From contig CAMWIB010000001.1 of the NCBI GenBank assembly GCA_947174215.1, positions 1 to 40,307 of the forward strand: a stretch of DNA of 40,307 bases. The letters run 5' to 3'. Positions 13,866 to 28,800 of the stretch are shown here, piece after piece; positions within the stretch are counted from its first letter, which is position 1; each line of letters opens with the position of its first letter. Source of the stretch: an uncultured Clostridia bacterium. Lineage in GTDB: Bacteria; Bacillota; Clostridia; Christensenellales; CAG-917. The position numbers were made by a program, and so were the translations under genes. The notes beneath the pieces are model-generated. The model made no database searches and was not told the origin of the DNA. It saw nothing but the letters and a program-made list of their open reading frames with translations.

Positions 13866-16800
13866 ATGGGGAAAATGAATAAATCGCTGCTTAGGACGAG
13901 CCTGAAAATTAAGGCAAACCTAAAAAGAATTTTTATACTTTCAGCAATAGCCATACTTCTCGTTGCCATTGCGGCACTTGGAGCAACTTCAATTTCAGAT
14001 TCAGACGAAATCGCCTTTGGTACTCAACTCAAAGAGGGCTTTATGCACGATGCGGAAACCCCTACCGCACTCAAACTTAAAGATAGCGATTTGGTATATA
14101 ACACATCATCCCAAACCTTCACCCTTACAATTACAAACAGCATCGGCACGTCAAGTAGCGGCATAAGCACGAACAACGTTTCCATGACGTGGACGTCCAA
14201 AGACCGCGACGACGATGGTATGTACGGTAAATACACAGGCAATATGGAGAAGCCCGACGGCTACGGGTTTTCAGTAGAACGCCTTAGCCCGAACAGCAAC
14301 ACCTACAACTACGGCTCTTATAACGCTTTCGGCGCAGTCCTCAATCTTGAATTGCCACAGTTTATGCAGGATTTGATAAACAGCGGCACGGTGAAAGCCT
14401 CTGCTACGGCAAAGCTGAGCATGCGCCAAACTTGGAATGCTCTGGGTAGCGGTGAATATCATATGGGTATTGCGGGCGGCTCGTCGCTTATCAAGCCAAG
14501 CCAACAAAACGTATCCAACTGGGATAACCGCCCAAGCGCCGCTTCATATCTTAGCGGTTTTACCGTAACGGACAAGCAATGGTGTAACGACGGCGACTGG
14601 GGCGACACTATTACGGACGTAAGCGTTGGGGACACTACGATAGGCGGAAAATATCTTGGCATAGGCTTGTCGGGTATGTCCGACCACTGGCCGGGCTACT
14701 CCACTCCTGACGCGCGCCTTACAAGCATTGTCGTTACATTCAAATATTCCGCAACTATAAAGATTTCTGCGGACAGCCACGCCGCATTCGATTACCGTTG
14801 GTACGGAAGCGCAACGCCCACATCCTTTGGCGCTCTTACGGAAAGCAAAACCATAACGGCGGGAAACAGCGTTTCAAAATCTACGACAAACCCCTACGCT
14901 TTTATGTCTATAACGCCAAAAACAGACCTCGCAGGTTATCGCTTTAAGGAAGTGGTTGCAAACACCACAAACGCATTGGGAGCTACTGCCACAACAGATT
15001 TTGAAAAGGCACCGACTTGTACTATTGCCTCTATTACGACAACGGGCGGATATACTCCCGAGGGAAGCGCGACAGGCAAGCTGAGGAACAACAAAAACGG
15101 AAACTCCGTCAACTCGACAGCAAGAAAATACAACGTGGTTTATCGTTCAAACGGCGGCAGTGGTAGTGATACTACAAAAACCTATGACTACGATACCTCA
15201 TACAGTACACCCAACCCCGCCGATTTCGGTTTCTCAAAAAAGGACTCCGTTCCCGCAGGTTGGACTTATACTTCGGACAATAAACCCGATATCAGCAACA
15301 CCAACCGAGGAAAGCAATATTCATCGGGCAACACTTTCTCAAATCTTTTTCCCAACCTCAACAACAATACGACGACCCTCTATTTTGATACCGTCTGGGT
15401 TGAAGCCGCTCCAACCAACAAAGAAACGAGTTTCGTCAAGATGGAGATATCCGCTTATTCTGACAAATATTCCGACGTCGAAATTACAATAACCGCAACC
15501 AAAACAGGACATACTCTCAAACAGGTTTACGCCACATACACAAGCGGAGATATCAACGGAACCAAAATTGCGCTGGAATATGTTCAAAATTCAACCAGTG
15601 GCAACAAGTCAAGATGGATGCTTTACGGCATCAGCGGCAACTGCGATATTACTACGGAATGGGTTGCAAACCAATACACCATAACCTACGATTGGAATAG
15701 CGGTAGCGGAACAAACGGTCCGACTACATACTATTACGGCACGACCGTTACTTTGCCTTTTGGCGGCACACGTGACGGCTATAATCTTGACGGATGGACT
15801 CTAACAGCAGCATCTGGCGGCTATGCGACCACAGGTACACAATACACCCTTCCCAAGGGTTCTTACGGAAATATTACTGCAAAAGCAGTATGGAAAAGCG
15901 CAAGCGTAACTCCAACCCAAAATGCAGACTCCACAGCCGACAGCCCCGACACAACAGGCGTTAGCAACACCGGCTTTAATACTGCGATTAAAGGCTTAGG
16001 CAAAACATACCATTCAGGTCAGTCAACATTCGACGCAACAGAGGAAACTGCGGTCACTCAAAAAGTTGACATACCAACTTCGGTGCAATATGCACTTCGC
16101 ACTGGCGCAACAGTAAAAGCAACGATTAAAGGCAAATTGGAAGTCGGCACGCTTAACGACAACTACGTTATTGTTGGTAGCGACCCGAATGCTTCAAAAG
16201 CATATGGCAGAATCGGAATCAATGGCACATATGCATCATATTTAGCCACGTCATATACAAAAGTTTACGATTGGGATAGCTCTGCTGAATGCACAAGCGC
16301 TACACAAAACGCCACATCTGCCGCATTAAAGAACACAGATACACAAGTAACCGTCTACGTGCAGTTGAAACGCGAAAAAGTGCATAAGCGTGGCGATGCG
16401 TATTTTTATGCAATCCTTACAAGTTTCACCATCACATATTCCGTTAGCGGCGGAACACCGTTGACAATAACGTATAACGGCAACGGCGGAACGACCTCCT
16501 CAAACACATCCACGGAAAAAAGCACTTACTTGCAATCGACAGTCGGCGCAAGCGCAACCGTTTCATTCCCGACATCTATGTTTGCACGTAATGGATACGA
16601 ATTCCTTGGTTGGAGTACTACTCAAAGCGCAACGTCACCCGCCAAAAAAGCAGGTGAAACCGCATCAATATCCTCCGCCACAACTTATTACGCAATTTGG
16701 AAGAAGAAAAACTACCCTGTCAACACCTACGACGTGTGGACTGACGGCACAAACTACGGCGCGACCATAAGAAAACAATGGTACATTTCACACGATGACA

Positions 16801-19800
16801 GCGTTTATTTATACACAAACAACAATTCGAATACGGCTTATGGATATAGCGGCTCATCAAGCAATATCTATCACCTCGGCGGTGGCGGAGATTATAAAGG
16901 CTTTACAATAGGCAGTCCATCATACAGAATACCCTCTCACAACTTCCAAACGCACGAATACACATACAATTCTGGCAATATCCTCGCAACAAGCAACTAT
17001 GCCATAACTGGCGTAACGGGTGCTATATGGGGCTTTTTCGTTTGGAATCTTAAAGCGCCCTCTGCGACCACGGCAAATCCCGACCCCGTAGACTACGGCA
17101 CGTCCATCGATATGGACGAGCTTGTCACGCCCTCTCACGAGGCGACGGAAAAGGAATTCAGTTGGGATTGGCACTACGTCACGGGCGGAGGCAAAGTTCC
17201 GTTCTATCAGAATCACGAGCTTTTCCTTGTCGAAGAAAACAACAAATATTTCATTCGTTTCACCGTCAAGGTCGTGCGCGGCGGCGTTACGCTTTCCAAA
17301 ACGGCAGAAAGTGACGGCAGTTCAACCGTCACGATAAACCCCCTGCGCCTTAAAGTCGAAGTAAGCGGCAACAACGAATTTAATTACAACGGCAAAACGC
17401 ACGAGTTCCCATTGCGCACACTCCTCGACGAAGATTATTACAAAAATCTTGGCTATACTGCCGACCAGATTGCATATCTCGTTTCAGTATTCGAGGCGGA
17501 GAACAACGATAATCTTGAACACCGTCCTTGGTTCTATGACGAGGCGATGGAGCAGGAAAACGAACAGCTCCCCGCAAGCGAAAAACGAAACCTTGACAAA
17601 TGGCATTACGGCGTAGCGGTAAGACTCATCGGTCTTGGCTATTCGAGCTATATTGCAGACGGCTGTTCGACGGACTTCTACGACGGCTCTTTCACCGTCA
17701 TTGACAACATCGGTATCCGCGAGTTCAAGGACGCGGGAAAATACTGGGCGAGTCAGCTGTACATACGTCCCGCCGTCGGAAACACCGTATCGAGCAGTCT
17801 TTTCAACAAAAACTACACTTGGTCGCAAAACTGCGACGTAAACAACGGACAGATTTTCTCCGCCGAACAGGCTAATGCGGAAGGCACCGTCTTTGCGGAG
17901 ATTAAACCCGCAAACGGCTTTGATATTTACGCCTTCTACGTACAAAAGACCTTCGGCAAAATTGCGGACCCCACTCCGAGCGCATTAAGCCTTACGCCGA
18001 GCAACGGAGCGTTCGATATCGAGGAACTGAAAAACGGCTGGGCGCTATCCGACGACGAGCGCTTCGAAGAAAACTGGTTGCTTGCAATAACCGGACTTGT
18101 CAACGAGGACTTCGACCTATACGGCAAGCTGGTTGCTTCTATGCTGAGAAGAGATACGTCCGCGCCTCTGCACCAGAGAGCGGGACTGTACGACGTTTAT
18201 CTCGATACGTTCTCGCAGGACGGACAGCCGATAGTAAAAGAGCTTCTTGCTCTTCTCAACAACTACGGCGTTAAGCTTGAATCTAACACAGCGACCGTCG
18301 TGCGCGAAGGCTTCGCCACGGTCAAAATGCACTGGGTGAATCAGGACGGCACGATTAAGAACGGCGAATTTGACTTCACCACCGATATAAGCGCATATAA
18401 CGGCGAAAGAAACAACTTTGAAATCGTTCCGAAGGATATAGAGCTTATCTACGACGGCAAACAAAACAACTTTACGTACAACGGTTCGCCGCAGGGTCCG
18501 TCCAACATCATTTCGCAGGGCTACCTCACCGACGCTGAAAAGCAGGCGTTTGCCGCGGAGTACGGCGACGGCTACGAAAGACTTTTTGAAATTTACTTCT
18601 ACGGAATTCCCCTCTCCTCAAATCTGGACTGGAACGCAATGAGCGAAGAGGAACAACTCCAATACATCGAAGATAACAAAGGCTCGAAGGCTATTATCGG
18701 CTACGACGGGCTTAACTACATAAACGGCGTCGGCGATAAGTACGCAATATCTCTGTTTGAGAAAAACGCGGGCAAATACGCCGTCGTCATTATCGGCGCG
18801 GCTTACAAGGACGCCGACGGCAACGACCACGACAACGCAAGCTTCAACCTCTCCTCTCACCTCTATCTCTACTGGGAGATAAAGCAGAAGGCAATCGAGG
18901 TCGCATCGTCGTATACTTCAATGACGTTCGGCGACAAGAACTACGGCGGCGCGCGTTACACGATGTCCGAGATTGTCGGCGGCGACAAGATTCAGATTAA
19001 AAATCTTACGATAAGCTACAACAACAAATCATCAGACGGCTTCCTGCGCTATAACGACCTCACCGCCGACGCTGTGATTGTAAACGGCACTACGCTCTCG
19101 GTATACGGCACGTTCGTAGGCAGATACGACGTGACTATGGGCGGCGTTATCACCGTCGATATGACGAACGCCACGGGGCTGTACGGCGTATCGGACGAGA
19201 ACTACGGCAGGTCCACCACCAATTACAGCATAAGCTACGACGATTATTTCACGATAATCAACCGCCTACTGAACGTTGGTTCAACGGAATATACCGCGGA
19301 CGGCGGCGAAACCTTCTCCACCCAAATGCCCGATATGACTTACGTCTACGGCGTGAGAAAGGGTATCAGAATAATTATCTCCAATTTCTATGCCGCGGAC
19401 TTCCTTACGGACGATATTGCCGCGACCGAAGGCGACAACGTATTCATTCTCGCTTCCGAGCTTGTGGATACAAGCCGCATAAAGCTCATCCGCACTCACG
19501 AAAACTCGGAATGCACCGTCACTACGGACGAGCAAACAGGCTCCGTAACGTACGTATTCACCGCGATAAACGCCGCAACCTATCGCGTTAACATTTCAGA
19601 CTTAACCTACACCTACAACGGCACTACCTACGGCAACTACGACATAACGGAAAGAAGCACGAACTACACCATTCGTCCAAAGACGATAAAGGTGCAGTGG
19701 TTCCTTGACGGTAACGCCGTAGAGGGTACGAACGTACCGAGCGTAGTTTACGACGGCAACGCGCACTCCGTATACGCGCAGTTCGTCAGCGCGGCGAGCG

Positions 19801-22800
19801 GCGCGCTCTCAACTACGGACGGACTCGTGTACTTCGGTGACTTCAAAGACGCCACGCAAATTTATTCAGTATACGAAAAGAAATCTCCCCTCTCATTGGA
19901 ATTCTCCGCAGTCGGCACGGACTCATACACGGACGTAAACGTCGTCGATGACGAGGATACGCCTTACGAAACCTACCTAAAAACTCTCACAAGCGGCAAC
20001 TACCGTCTTGCCGAGGAAGGCGAAGGCTCCTATTCACTCTCGTGGGAGATAACGAGAAGAGAATTCAAAATTACCGTAACCAACTACGGAAACACCTTCA
20101 TTTACGACGGCGAGGCGCAACAGGTCGTACTCAATCTCAAATCCACGGGCGGAGTCGAGGTCACGCTTGACAACTTCGGCGCGATACTGTCCTCGGGCGC
20201 GAAATTCGAAATCAGCGAAGGTCTTATCTTCAACGCCAACGATAAATCTCTTTCCGCAACCGAAAGCGGAATTTATACCTTCTCCTACGACGCGGAATCC
20301 AAGATTAAAATAGACAAAAACTGGTTGCTCACGGGTAAGGAATCCTATACGGGCGACAAATTCCTCTTTGCGATAGTGCCGAGAGTGCTTACCCTGCGCT
20401 TTAACACGCGCGTCGCCACGTACACCTCCAACAACCTCATATCCCGATTCCGCGCATCCTACATCGACAGCGCAGTATCTCTGCCCGACGGCGATACGAC
20501 GTTTACCTACAATCTGAGCGAAATTATCCACGCGGGAACCTACTCCATTACGGTAACGGGCGCGACCTCGGAAAGCGGAAACTTCGTGCTTGCCGAAACC
20601 AATCCGACTGAATGGTACGCGACAATCGCAAACGGCAGACGCCGCGACTACTACACCAATCAGACCGTAATCGACGGCTATACCGCAAGCGTAACCGTCA
20701 ATCCGTATACCGTCACCCTTGACCCCGTTGCAATAAACGCGGGACTCGTTGACTACGTTTACGACGGACTCGAACACGGCTACACTATGGAGTATCTCTT
20801 TGAGAACTTCGTAAAATCGATGCTCCTCTGCGACGCGGATAAGGAAGGATACACCTTGAACGGTACGTCGAACACGGGCAAGAACGTCGATACGTACGAA
20901 GTGAAGATACTCGGTTTCAATCCGCTTAACGGCTACACCGACTACCGTCTTGCGCAGGAAGAGGGATATTCCGATACGTGGGCAATAACACAGCGTCCGC
21001 TTGAATTTGTATACGCCGAATATCACAGCGGCGGCAATAGCTTTATTTATGACGGCAATAACCACGGCTACGCCCTGACGGTAAACAATATCGTTGACGG
21101 CGAGGCGGTACAGCTCGTCTTTGTAGGCACCAACCTCAATATCACTTCTCCTCTCACAGTGGAATCTGTAAACACGACCTATATTTACGGAAGCGCGGCG
21201 ACGAACTATTCAATCATCAACTTCTCCCTCGCGGACGCAACCGTAGACGGCACGACGTTCTCCTGCGACAATTACAGCCTTCCCGAGGGCGGCGCAAACA
21301 AGAGCTGGTCTATCGAGAAAAAGACTATCACCGTTGAATGGCACAACACCGAGCTTACTTACCGCGCGAGCGCATACACTCCCGATAACGGCGGCGTTTA
21401 CGCAACCGTCACAAATAGCGTAGAGGGCGACGTATTCACCCTCAACTACGGCGGAGAAAGGTCTGCAACCAACGCGGGCGAGTACACGATATCCATTGAG
21501 GACCTCACGGGCGGCGACTACGCCAACTACAAGATTGAGGGTACGCTCTCCACGACGTGGACGATAAAGGCTAAGGAACTCACAGAGTTCGTTTGGACGG
21601 GAGAGGGCAACGGCTTTACGAATACGCCAAAGCTTGCAGTTACCTACAACGGCGCAAATCACAACATAAAAGCAACTCCCGTTTCAGGTGCGGAAAACGC
21701 AGATGACGGCAAGATTTACGATAAGGACGTAACCAATTTCAAGTTCACCTACTCGTCTGCAAGCGGCTACGTGACGACCGCACTGCTCGCAGGCGAATAC
21801 ACGACGAAGATATCAGGTTGCAACAGCATAAACTACACCGTTCCCGCAACTGCGGACGTTGAAGAAAATTGGGAAATTCTGAAAAGAGAACTCACCGTAA
21901 GCTATCGCTATAACTACGGCACAACAATAACCTACTGCGCGGCGGCAAGAGGCGTAGTTTTGGAGATAAGCGGCTTTATCGCTTCCGACTTCGATTCAAA
22001 CCTCGCATTCACCGTCGATACGAACGTTGCCTCCGACAACGGCGGCACCGCTTCGGGAACGACGTATACGAGAACGCTCCGCTCGATAGACGTTGGCGAC
22101 TATACGGCTACCGTTTCTATTGACGAAACCTGCGCACGCGCTTCCTGCTATACGCTAAGCGGAACGCTTAACGCGGCGTTTACGATAACCGCTCTTGCCG
22201 TAACCCTTGAATGGCGTTTGTGCGACGCAAACCACGCAAACAGAACGGCGGAGTACGACGGAAAGCCGCACGAGCTTAAAGCAACCGTCACAAACCTCGC
22301 TTCCTCTTCCGATGAAGTAACCGTCACGGTAAGCGGCGCAGTACAGACCAATCAAGGCAAATATACGGGCGTTGCAACCTCGGTTGACAATAAGAACTAC
22401 ACTCTGCCCGAAAGCGAAGCCGCGCGTAGCTGCGAGTTTACGATTTCGCCCCGCGCGATAAACGCAATATGGGAATCAACGGCAGAAACGTATACGTACA
22501 ATGGCAAATACCGCTCCGACACGCTCACCCTCTCCCGCCTTATTGCGGACGACGAAGTAACGTTCAAGGTGGAATTCTACAAGGAAGCGAGCGGCGGAAA
22601 TACCCTCTTCAAGACGGCGACCGTCAGCAAGAACGGAATCACAGAATACGACCTTATAGCCTCCGACTTCCAGATTATAGATGCCGCGACCTACGTCGCC
22701 ATATTCGACGGCAAAGTATATAACGCCGACGGAACCGTCAACACCAACTACACCTACAAGTCCCTTGACGACGACAGAAGAACGCGCTATACAATCTCCC

Positions 22801-25800
22801 GCGCTACGCTAAGACTTTCGGGCGGCTGGAACTACGCAAACGACGTACACAGCGGCGTATTCAGCGCGTCCACAATTCTTATCTACAACGCAAAGCCTTA
22901 CACGCTTACGACTTCTATTGATACGGATACGCTGTTCGTGCGCGACGACACGAATGCGAAGGACGAAGTAAGCATTGTTTACACTGGCAACGTAAACACC
23001 CACGTAGGCGTAGGTAAGTATACGGCAACCGCGTCATCCCTCTCGGGTACGTACGCGTCCAACTACCGTCTGCCAACCGAGGGCGTAAGCGTTTCCTACG
23101 CAATCACCCCGAAGGGCGTTACGCTCGTATGGGAAAACTACACGGGTATCGTCTACGACGGACAGACTCACACCGTCACGGCTAAGGTGGAATTCGGCGG
23201 TGCAAACGACACCGACGGACTCGCCTACGACGGCGACAAGGTAACGGTAAATCAATACGAAAACAACGCCTATCGCGGCGCGGATACGTATACGTCAACG
23301 GCGCTTTCTCTTGACAACGACGATTACGTGATTGAAAACGAATCCTCGCTTGAATGGACTATCGCGCCCCGCCCCGTAGAACTCGTATGGTCGGACGACA
23401 AGATTGAATACGACGGCACGTTAAAGACGGTTACGGCAACTGCGAGCAACCTCATCGCGGGCGACTCAATAACGCCTCTTACATACGAAAACAATCAATA
23501 TACCAACAAAGGCACGTACACCGCTACGGTGACGAAGCTCACAAACACCAACTACACGCTTACGGACGGCAAGAACATATCTCACGAATGGGAGATTACG
23601 CCAATCGTACTCGCGTTCGGTTGGTCGAGTGCAAGCGGACGTATCTACAACGGAAACGCGCAAGGCATAACTCTTACGATAAGCAATATCGCCGACGCCG
23701 ACTTTGAGAATGCAAGCAGTCTTTCGTTCACAGCGGAATACACTCCCGCGGACAGCCAGACGGCAACGGAAAACCGCACGGCAAATCCGATAAAGATAAC
23801 GTACACCGCAATCAACGCAGGCTCTTATACAATAAATATAACCGCGCTTGACGGAACGTCCAAGGATAACTACGTACTCCCCGACAACGTGAGCGCGACC
23901 TACGTCATCGCGGCAAGGGTTATCGACCTCGACTGGACGGCGGGTACGTTCATCTACTCGAAGGAGAATCACGAGGTTACGGCAAGCGTCACGAATACGG
24001 TAGAGGGCGACACGCTCGTTCTTACCTACAAGACGACGGACGGCGCAAGCTACTCTGTGAGCGGACTTGCGACGGTTGGCAACGTAGCTATGCACGCAGG
24101 CTCGTATTCCACGGTCGTTACGGCGGTAGACAATAAAAACTACACCGTCACTGGCGCAAACGACCTGACCTTCGATTGGACAATCTCGCCAAAGACTATA
24201 ACGGACGTCACGTTTATGCTTGACGGAAAGGAAAGTTTAAGTGCAACGTACGACCGCACCCAACACGTTCTCACCGCTACGGCGAACGGCTCTGCAACAA
24301 GTGCTGACGACGGTAAGATTTACGACGGCGACACCGTTACGTTCTCGTATGCAGGAACGGTTACGGAAAACTACGGACTGTCCGCAATAAACAATAATTC
24401 CGCACTCGAAGCGGGCGAATATAGCGTAAGCCTTTCGATATCCGACAACGACGACTACATCGTAGAATCACTCTCCTGCGGCTTCACGGTAAACCGCCGC
24501 ACGCTTACCCTCACGAAAGAGGACGTGACAAGCACCTCGTTCGTGTACGACGGCAAATCGCAGGGCGTAAAGATAACGGTAAACGGATTGCTTGAATACG
24601 ACAACAACTCTACCCGTTTCAACCTCGACGGCGTAATCAGTCCGTCAGGCACTGCGGATAGCGCGGTTCGCTCGGGCGCGAACTACTCTAAACGCTTCCT
24701 TGCAACGGACGCGGGTACGTACACCCTCACGTTTAGCCTTAGCGGCTCGCGCTATCAGAACTACGAGCTTACGCCGTTTGAATGTAGCTTTACGATAATC
24801 CGCAAACAGATAACCACGCAGATAAGCGCAGACGTCACCGCAGATAACATAACCTATCGCGCGGAAGCGATTGCCGCGTCCGACCTATCCGTCACCTTCA
24901 ACAACCTTATTACGGGCGAGCGCCTTACTCTCGGCGACGACTTCACCGTATCCTTTGCAAAGGACGGCGATGCGCTTGACGGTGCGCCGATAAACGTCGG
25001 TACGTATACCGCAATAATATCCTTAAAGAATGACGGCAATTCTTCCGTAAACTACGAGCTTATCGGAACGACGGAATTCAACTTTGACATTAAGCCGTAC
25101 GAAATCCACAAGAATACGCTCGGCTGGACGTTGAACGGAAATACGGTAAGCCTCGACGCGCTCACCTTCAAGGACGGCGAAAACAAGACCGTTACGGTTG
25201 GTAGCGTAAAAGACGACGTATTCAATAAGATAGCGGGCAAGAGCTTCTCGTACGTCTACTTCGGACTCTGCAACTGCGGACTTGCCGCAAGAAGCTCCGC
25301 AGAGCTTGACGAGGAGCATCTTGAACATCAATGGTTTGCGCCGGATGGCAACTTCCGCACCGAAGGACCTCAGCACGCAGGTAGCTACTTCGTAGTACTC
25401 ACCCTCTCGGGCGGCGACGCCGAAAACTTCGTCTTGACGGGCTTTGACGGATACACAGGCGATTATTTCTGCACCGAGGATGACGAAACATATCTTGCAT
25501 ACTACCGCTCGGAGGAGAAGTTCACGGGTACGCCTTTGCCCAAGCTTAGCGACAACACGCAAGCCCTTCGCTTCGGTATCGGACGTCTGCACCAAGGCGT
25601 TGTCGTCGTAGGAGCAAAATCATCTCTGCCCTTCAAGGGAACGGCGTACACGGTAGGTAGCGGACTTCCCGCGGCTTCGGCGGCGGACACGTCAAATATC
25701 CGCGTTGAAATAGGCTCGGGTACGTATACCTACGAAGCGTACTCCTCTGCAACCTTCAACGCGATACGCAATGCGGGCGATTACACCATCAAGATTTACG

Positions 25801-28800
25801 ACAACTCCGCAAGCGGCGATTCGGGAACGGTATCGGGCTGTGACCTCTTCAATTCCGACGCGGAAATGGAAATCACAATGACCTTGACGGTCGAAAAGGC
25901 AAAGATAACGGTGACGGACAGCACCGAGCCGTACTGGACCAAGGTTTACGACCGCACGACGGCGTACAGCGGCTTCGCGTACGATAGAAACGTGACGTTT
26001 ACGTCCACGACTGACGGCGACGGCAACGTTATCGCAACCTCCGACGGTGTACTTACGGGAACGACGGCAACCGTGACGGCGGTGTTTGACAACTACAACG
26101 CAGGCACGAGAAAGCTTACGTTTACTCTCAGCGGAACAGACCGCGACAACTACTATATCGTCCTTTCAAAGAACGGCACGGTTATGGGCGAAGACGAATA
26201 CACCGTGAACGGATATACTTACGCAATAAATAACGCCGAGATATTAAAGCGCACGATTACCGTTGCGGGCGACGCGGATAAGGTGTTTGACGGAACGAAG
26301 ACCGTTCAGTTTGAAATAGTCAGTGCGGATATAATTTCAGGCGACTCCGTAACGGTTACGGGCGAATACGCAAGCGAACACGTTGGTACGCACAACATAA
26401 CTCTGACGGCGACGAACGACAACTACGAGGTTGCCTCCGACATAGCTGTACGCGGAACTATTTCTCCCAAGCCTCTTACGGTAGTCTGGGCGCGTACGGA
26501 CGAAAGCACCACGGTAACCTATGACGGTGACGAACACGGCGTAACAGCAACGATAAGCGGAATGATTGATGGTTATATTGAGGATATAACCGCAACCATT
26601 GCAGATATAAGCACTACACAGATAACCGCGGACACGGTTTACCCCGTTTCCTTCGTAAGCGTAAACGCGGGCGACTACTCCGTTGTACTCACCTTAAAAG
26701 AGAATTCCGACTACTCGCTAAGCTCGTCAATGGATTCGGCAGAATGGACGATTTCAAAGAGAGTGCTTGATATAAGCTGGATAACGGACGACAAAGCGGA
26801 CGGCGCGTATATTTACGAATGGGTCGGCTTCACCGTACAGTTTGCAAACGTATCTCGTTCAATCACGCCGCAGATTAACAATATCGTAGGCGACGACGAC
26901 GTACAAGTAACCGTACGCAACAACAGCCGCACGCAGGTTGGCGACCGTACGGCGGAGATTACGGGAATAAGCGGCGACGCTTCTGAAAACTACGCACTGC
27001 CAACGAATCGCACGCAACAGTTCTCAATCGTCAAAGCGGAGATAAAGAGTATCACCCTTTCGGATTTGACCGCCGTCTACAACGGCACGGCGCAGGGCGT
27101 TGAGGTATCCTCGTACGTCACTCAGCACGGCATAACCGTAAACGTCACGTACAGCGGCGGCGAAGCTAAGACCGCGGACACGGTGGACGGACTCAACGCA
27201 TTTATAAACGTGACGGGCGAGGAAGGTAAGACGATTACGGCAACCATTTCCGAGGACGATTATTACGAAGAGCTGACTCTGACCGCAACCGTGATAATCA
27301 CTCCATCGCCGATAACGAGCATTACGCTCACGTCAAGAACTGTCGTTTACAACGGCACGGAGCGCTCTATCTCCGTCAACACGACGGTTACGAACTACGG
27401 AGACGAGGTAACCGTCACGTACACGATAAACGGCAATGAAGGTAACTCCGCAAAAGACGCGGGTACGTACACCGTAGTTGCGACGATAGCCGCAGACGAC
27501 GATAACTACGTCACGCTTACGCGCACCGCAACCTTAACGATAAATAAAGCGGACATTGACGAAAGCAGAATTTCCGTTGACGAGGACTTTGGCACAATCA
27601 TCTACAACGCGCAGTATCACGGCATAGCCATTGAGGTGACCGACGACGAAACGCAGTACGGCGACAGGGTTACGATAACCTACTACGGCGGCGAGAACAA
27701 CAGCGGACAGGCGAAGAACGTAGGCAAATACGAGATTAACGCCGTCGTCAGCGCGGGCAAGAACTACAACGACTATACGACGACAAAGTCAACCCTCACC
27801 ATAGCGCAGAAGGATATAAACCTTACGCTCAGAGAGTCGGACAAGAGCTTCACCTACGACGGCAACGCGCACACGGCAAGAGCTACGTTTGAGCTTGGCG
27901 CAGAAAATGATACGGATAAGAAAGTCTACGACGGCGATACGGTGACGGTTACGCTCACCTATCTCGGTACGAGCGGCGTTGCGCAGGGCGACACCGTACT
28001 CAAAAACTCTGGCAAGTACACCGTAAGTGCAAGACTCTCCACAAACAACTATCGCCCGATACTTGACGTAACGGAAATCGTCATCAACAAGGCGACGATT
28101 GAGGGCTACTACTTCGTGGGCGACAGCTTTATGTACAACAAGAAGTCGCGCGCGCTCGGTATAAATACGGAGAACGCGTCGCTAAGCGACCCGATTATCC
28201 GCACGCTGAATCTGCTCTCCACCGACTCGGGTACGGTTGAATACGCCTACACCACGACGGAGGGCGGTGAATACGACAAGACCTTTACTGGCGCGGTAAA
28301 TGCGGGAACGTACTATCTGAAAGCGACGATAACCGCAAGCGGCGACGCGGAAGGCAATTACGAGCTTTGGGAGAAATACGCTACCCTCGTGATAACGCCG
28401 TCTACGTTCACGAGCTTTACGATGGAAGAGGTTTCCGTAAACTACAACGGTCTTGCACATTCGATAACCATTACGGTGGCAGAACCCGAAAAACAGCTTA
28501 TAAACGGCGTTTACTATACGGCGTACGGCGATAAGGTCACTGTTACATACACGATAAGCGACGGTAAGAACGACGAAACGGAAGGCAACTCCGCAATCTT
28601 CGTCAACGTCGTGGGCGGCGCGGTCGCGGCGTATACGGTAACGGCGCACTGCTCCTTCGAGGACGACGTCAAGGGCAATTACCGTACGGACAACCTCAAC
28701 ATCTCGGCAAGCCTTACGATATTGCCGACGACTTTGAGAAACATTACGCTTACAGGCGAGAACGCAGTATATGACGGCAACGCGCACAACGCTACGCTCT

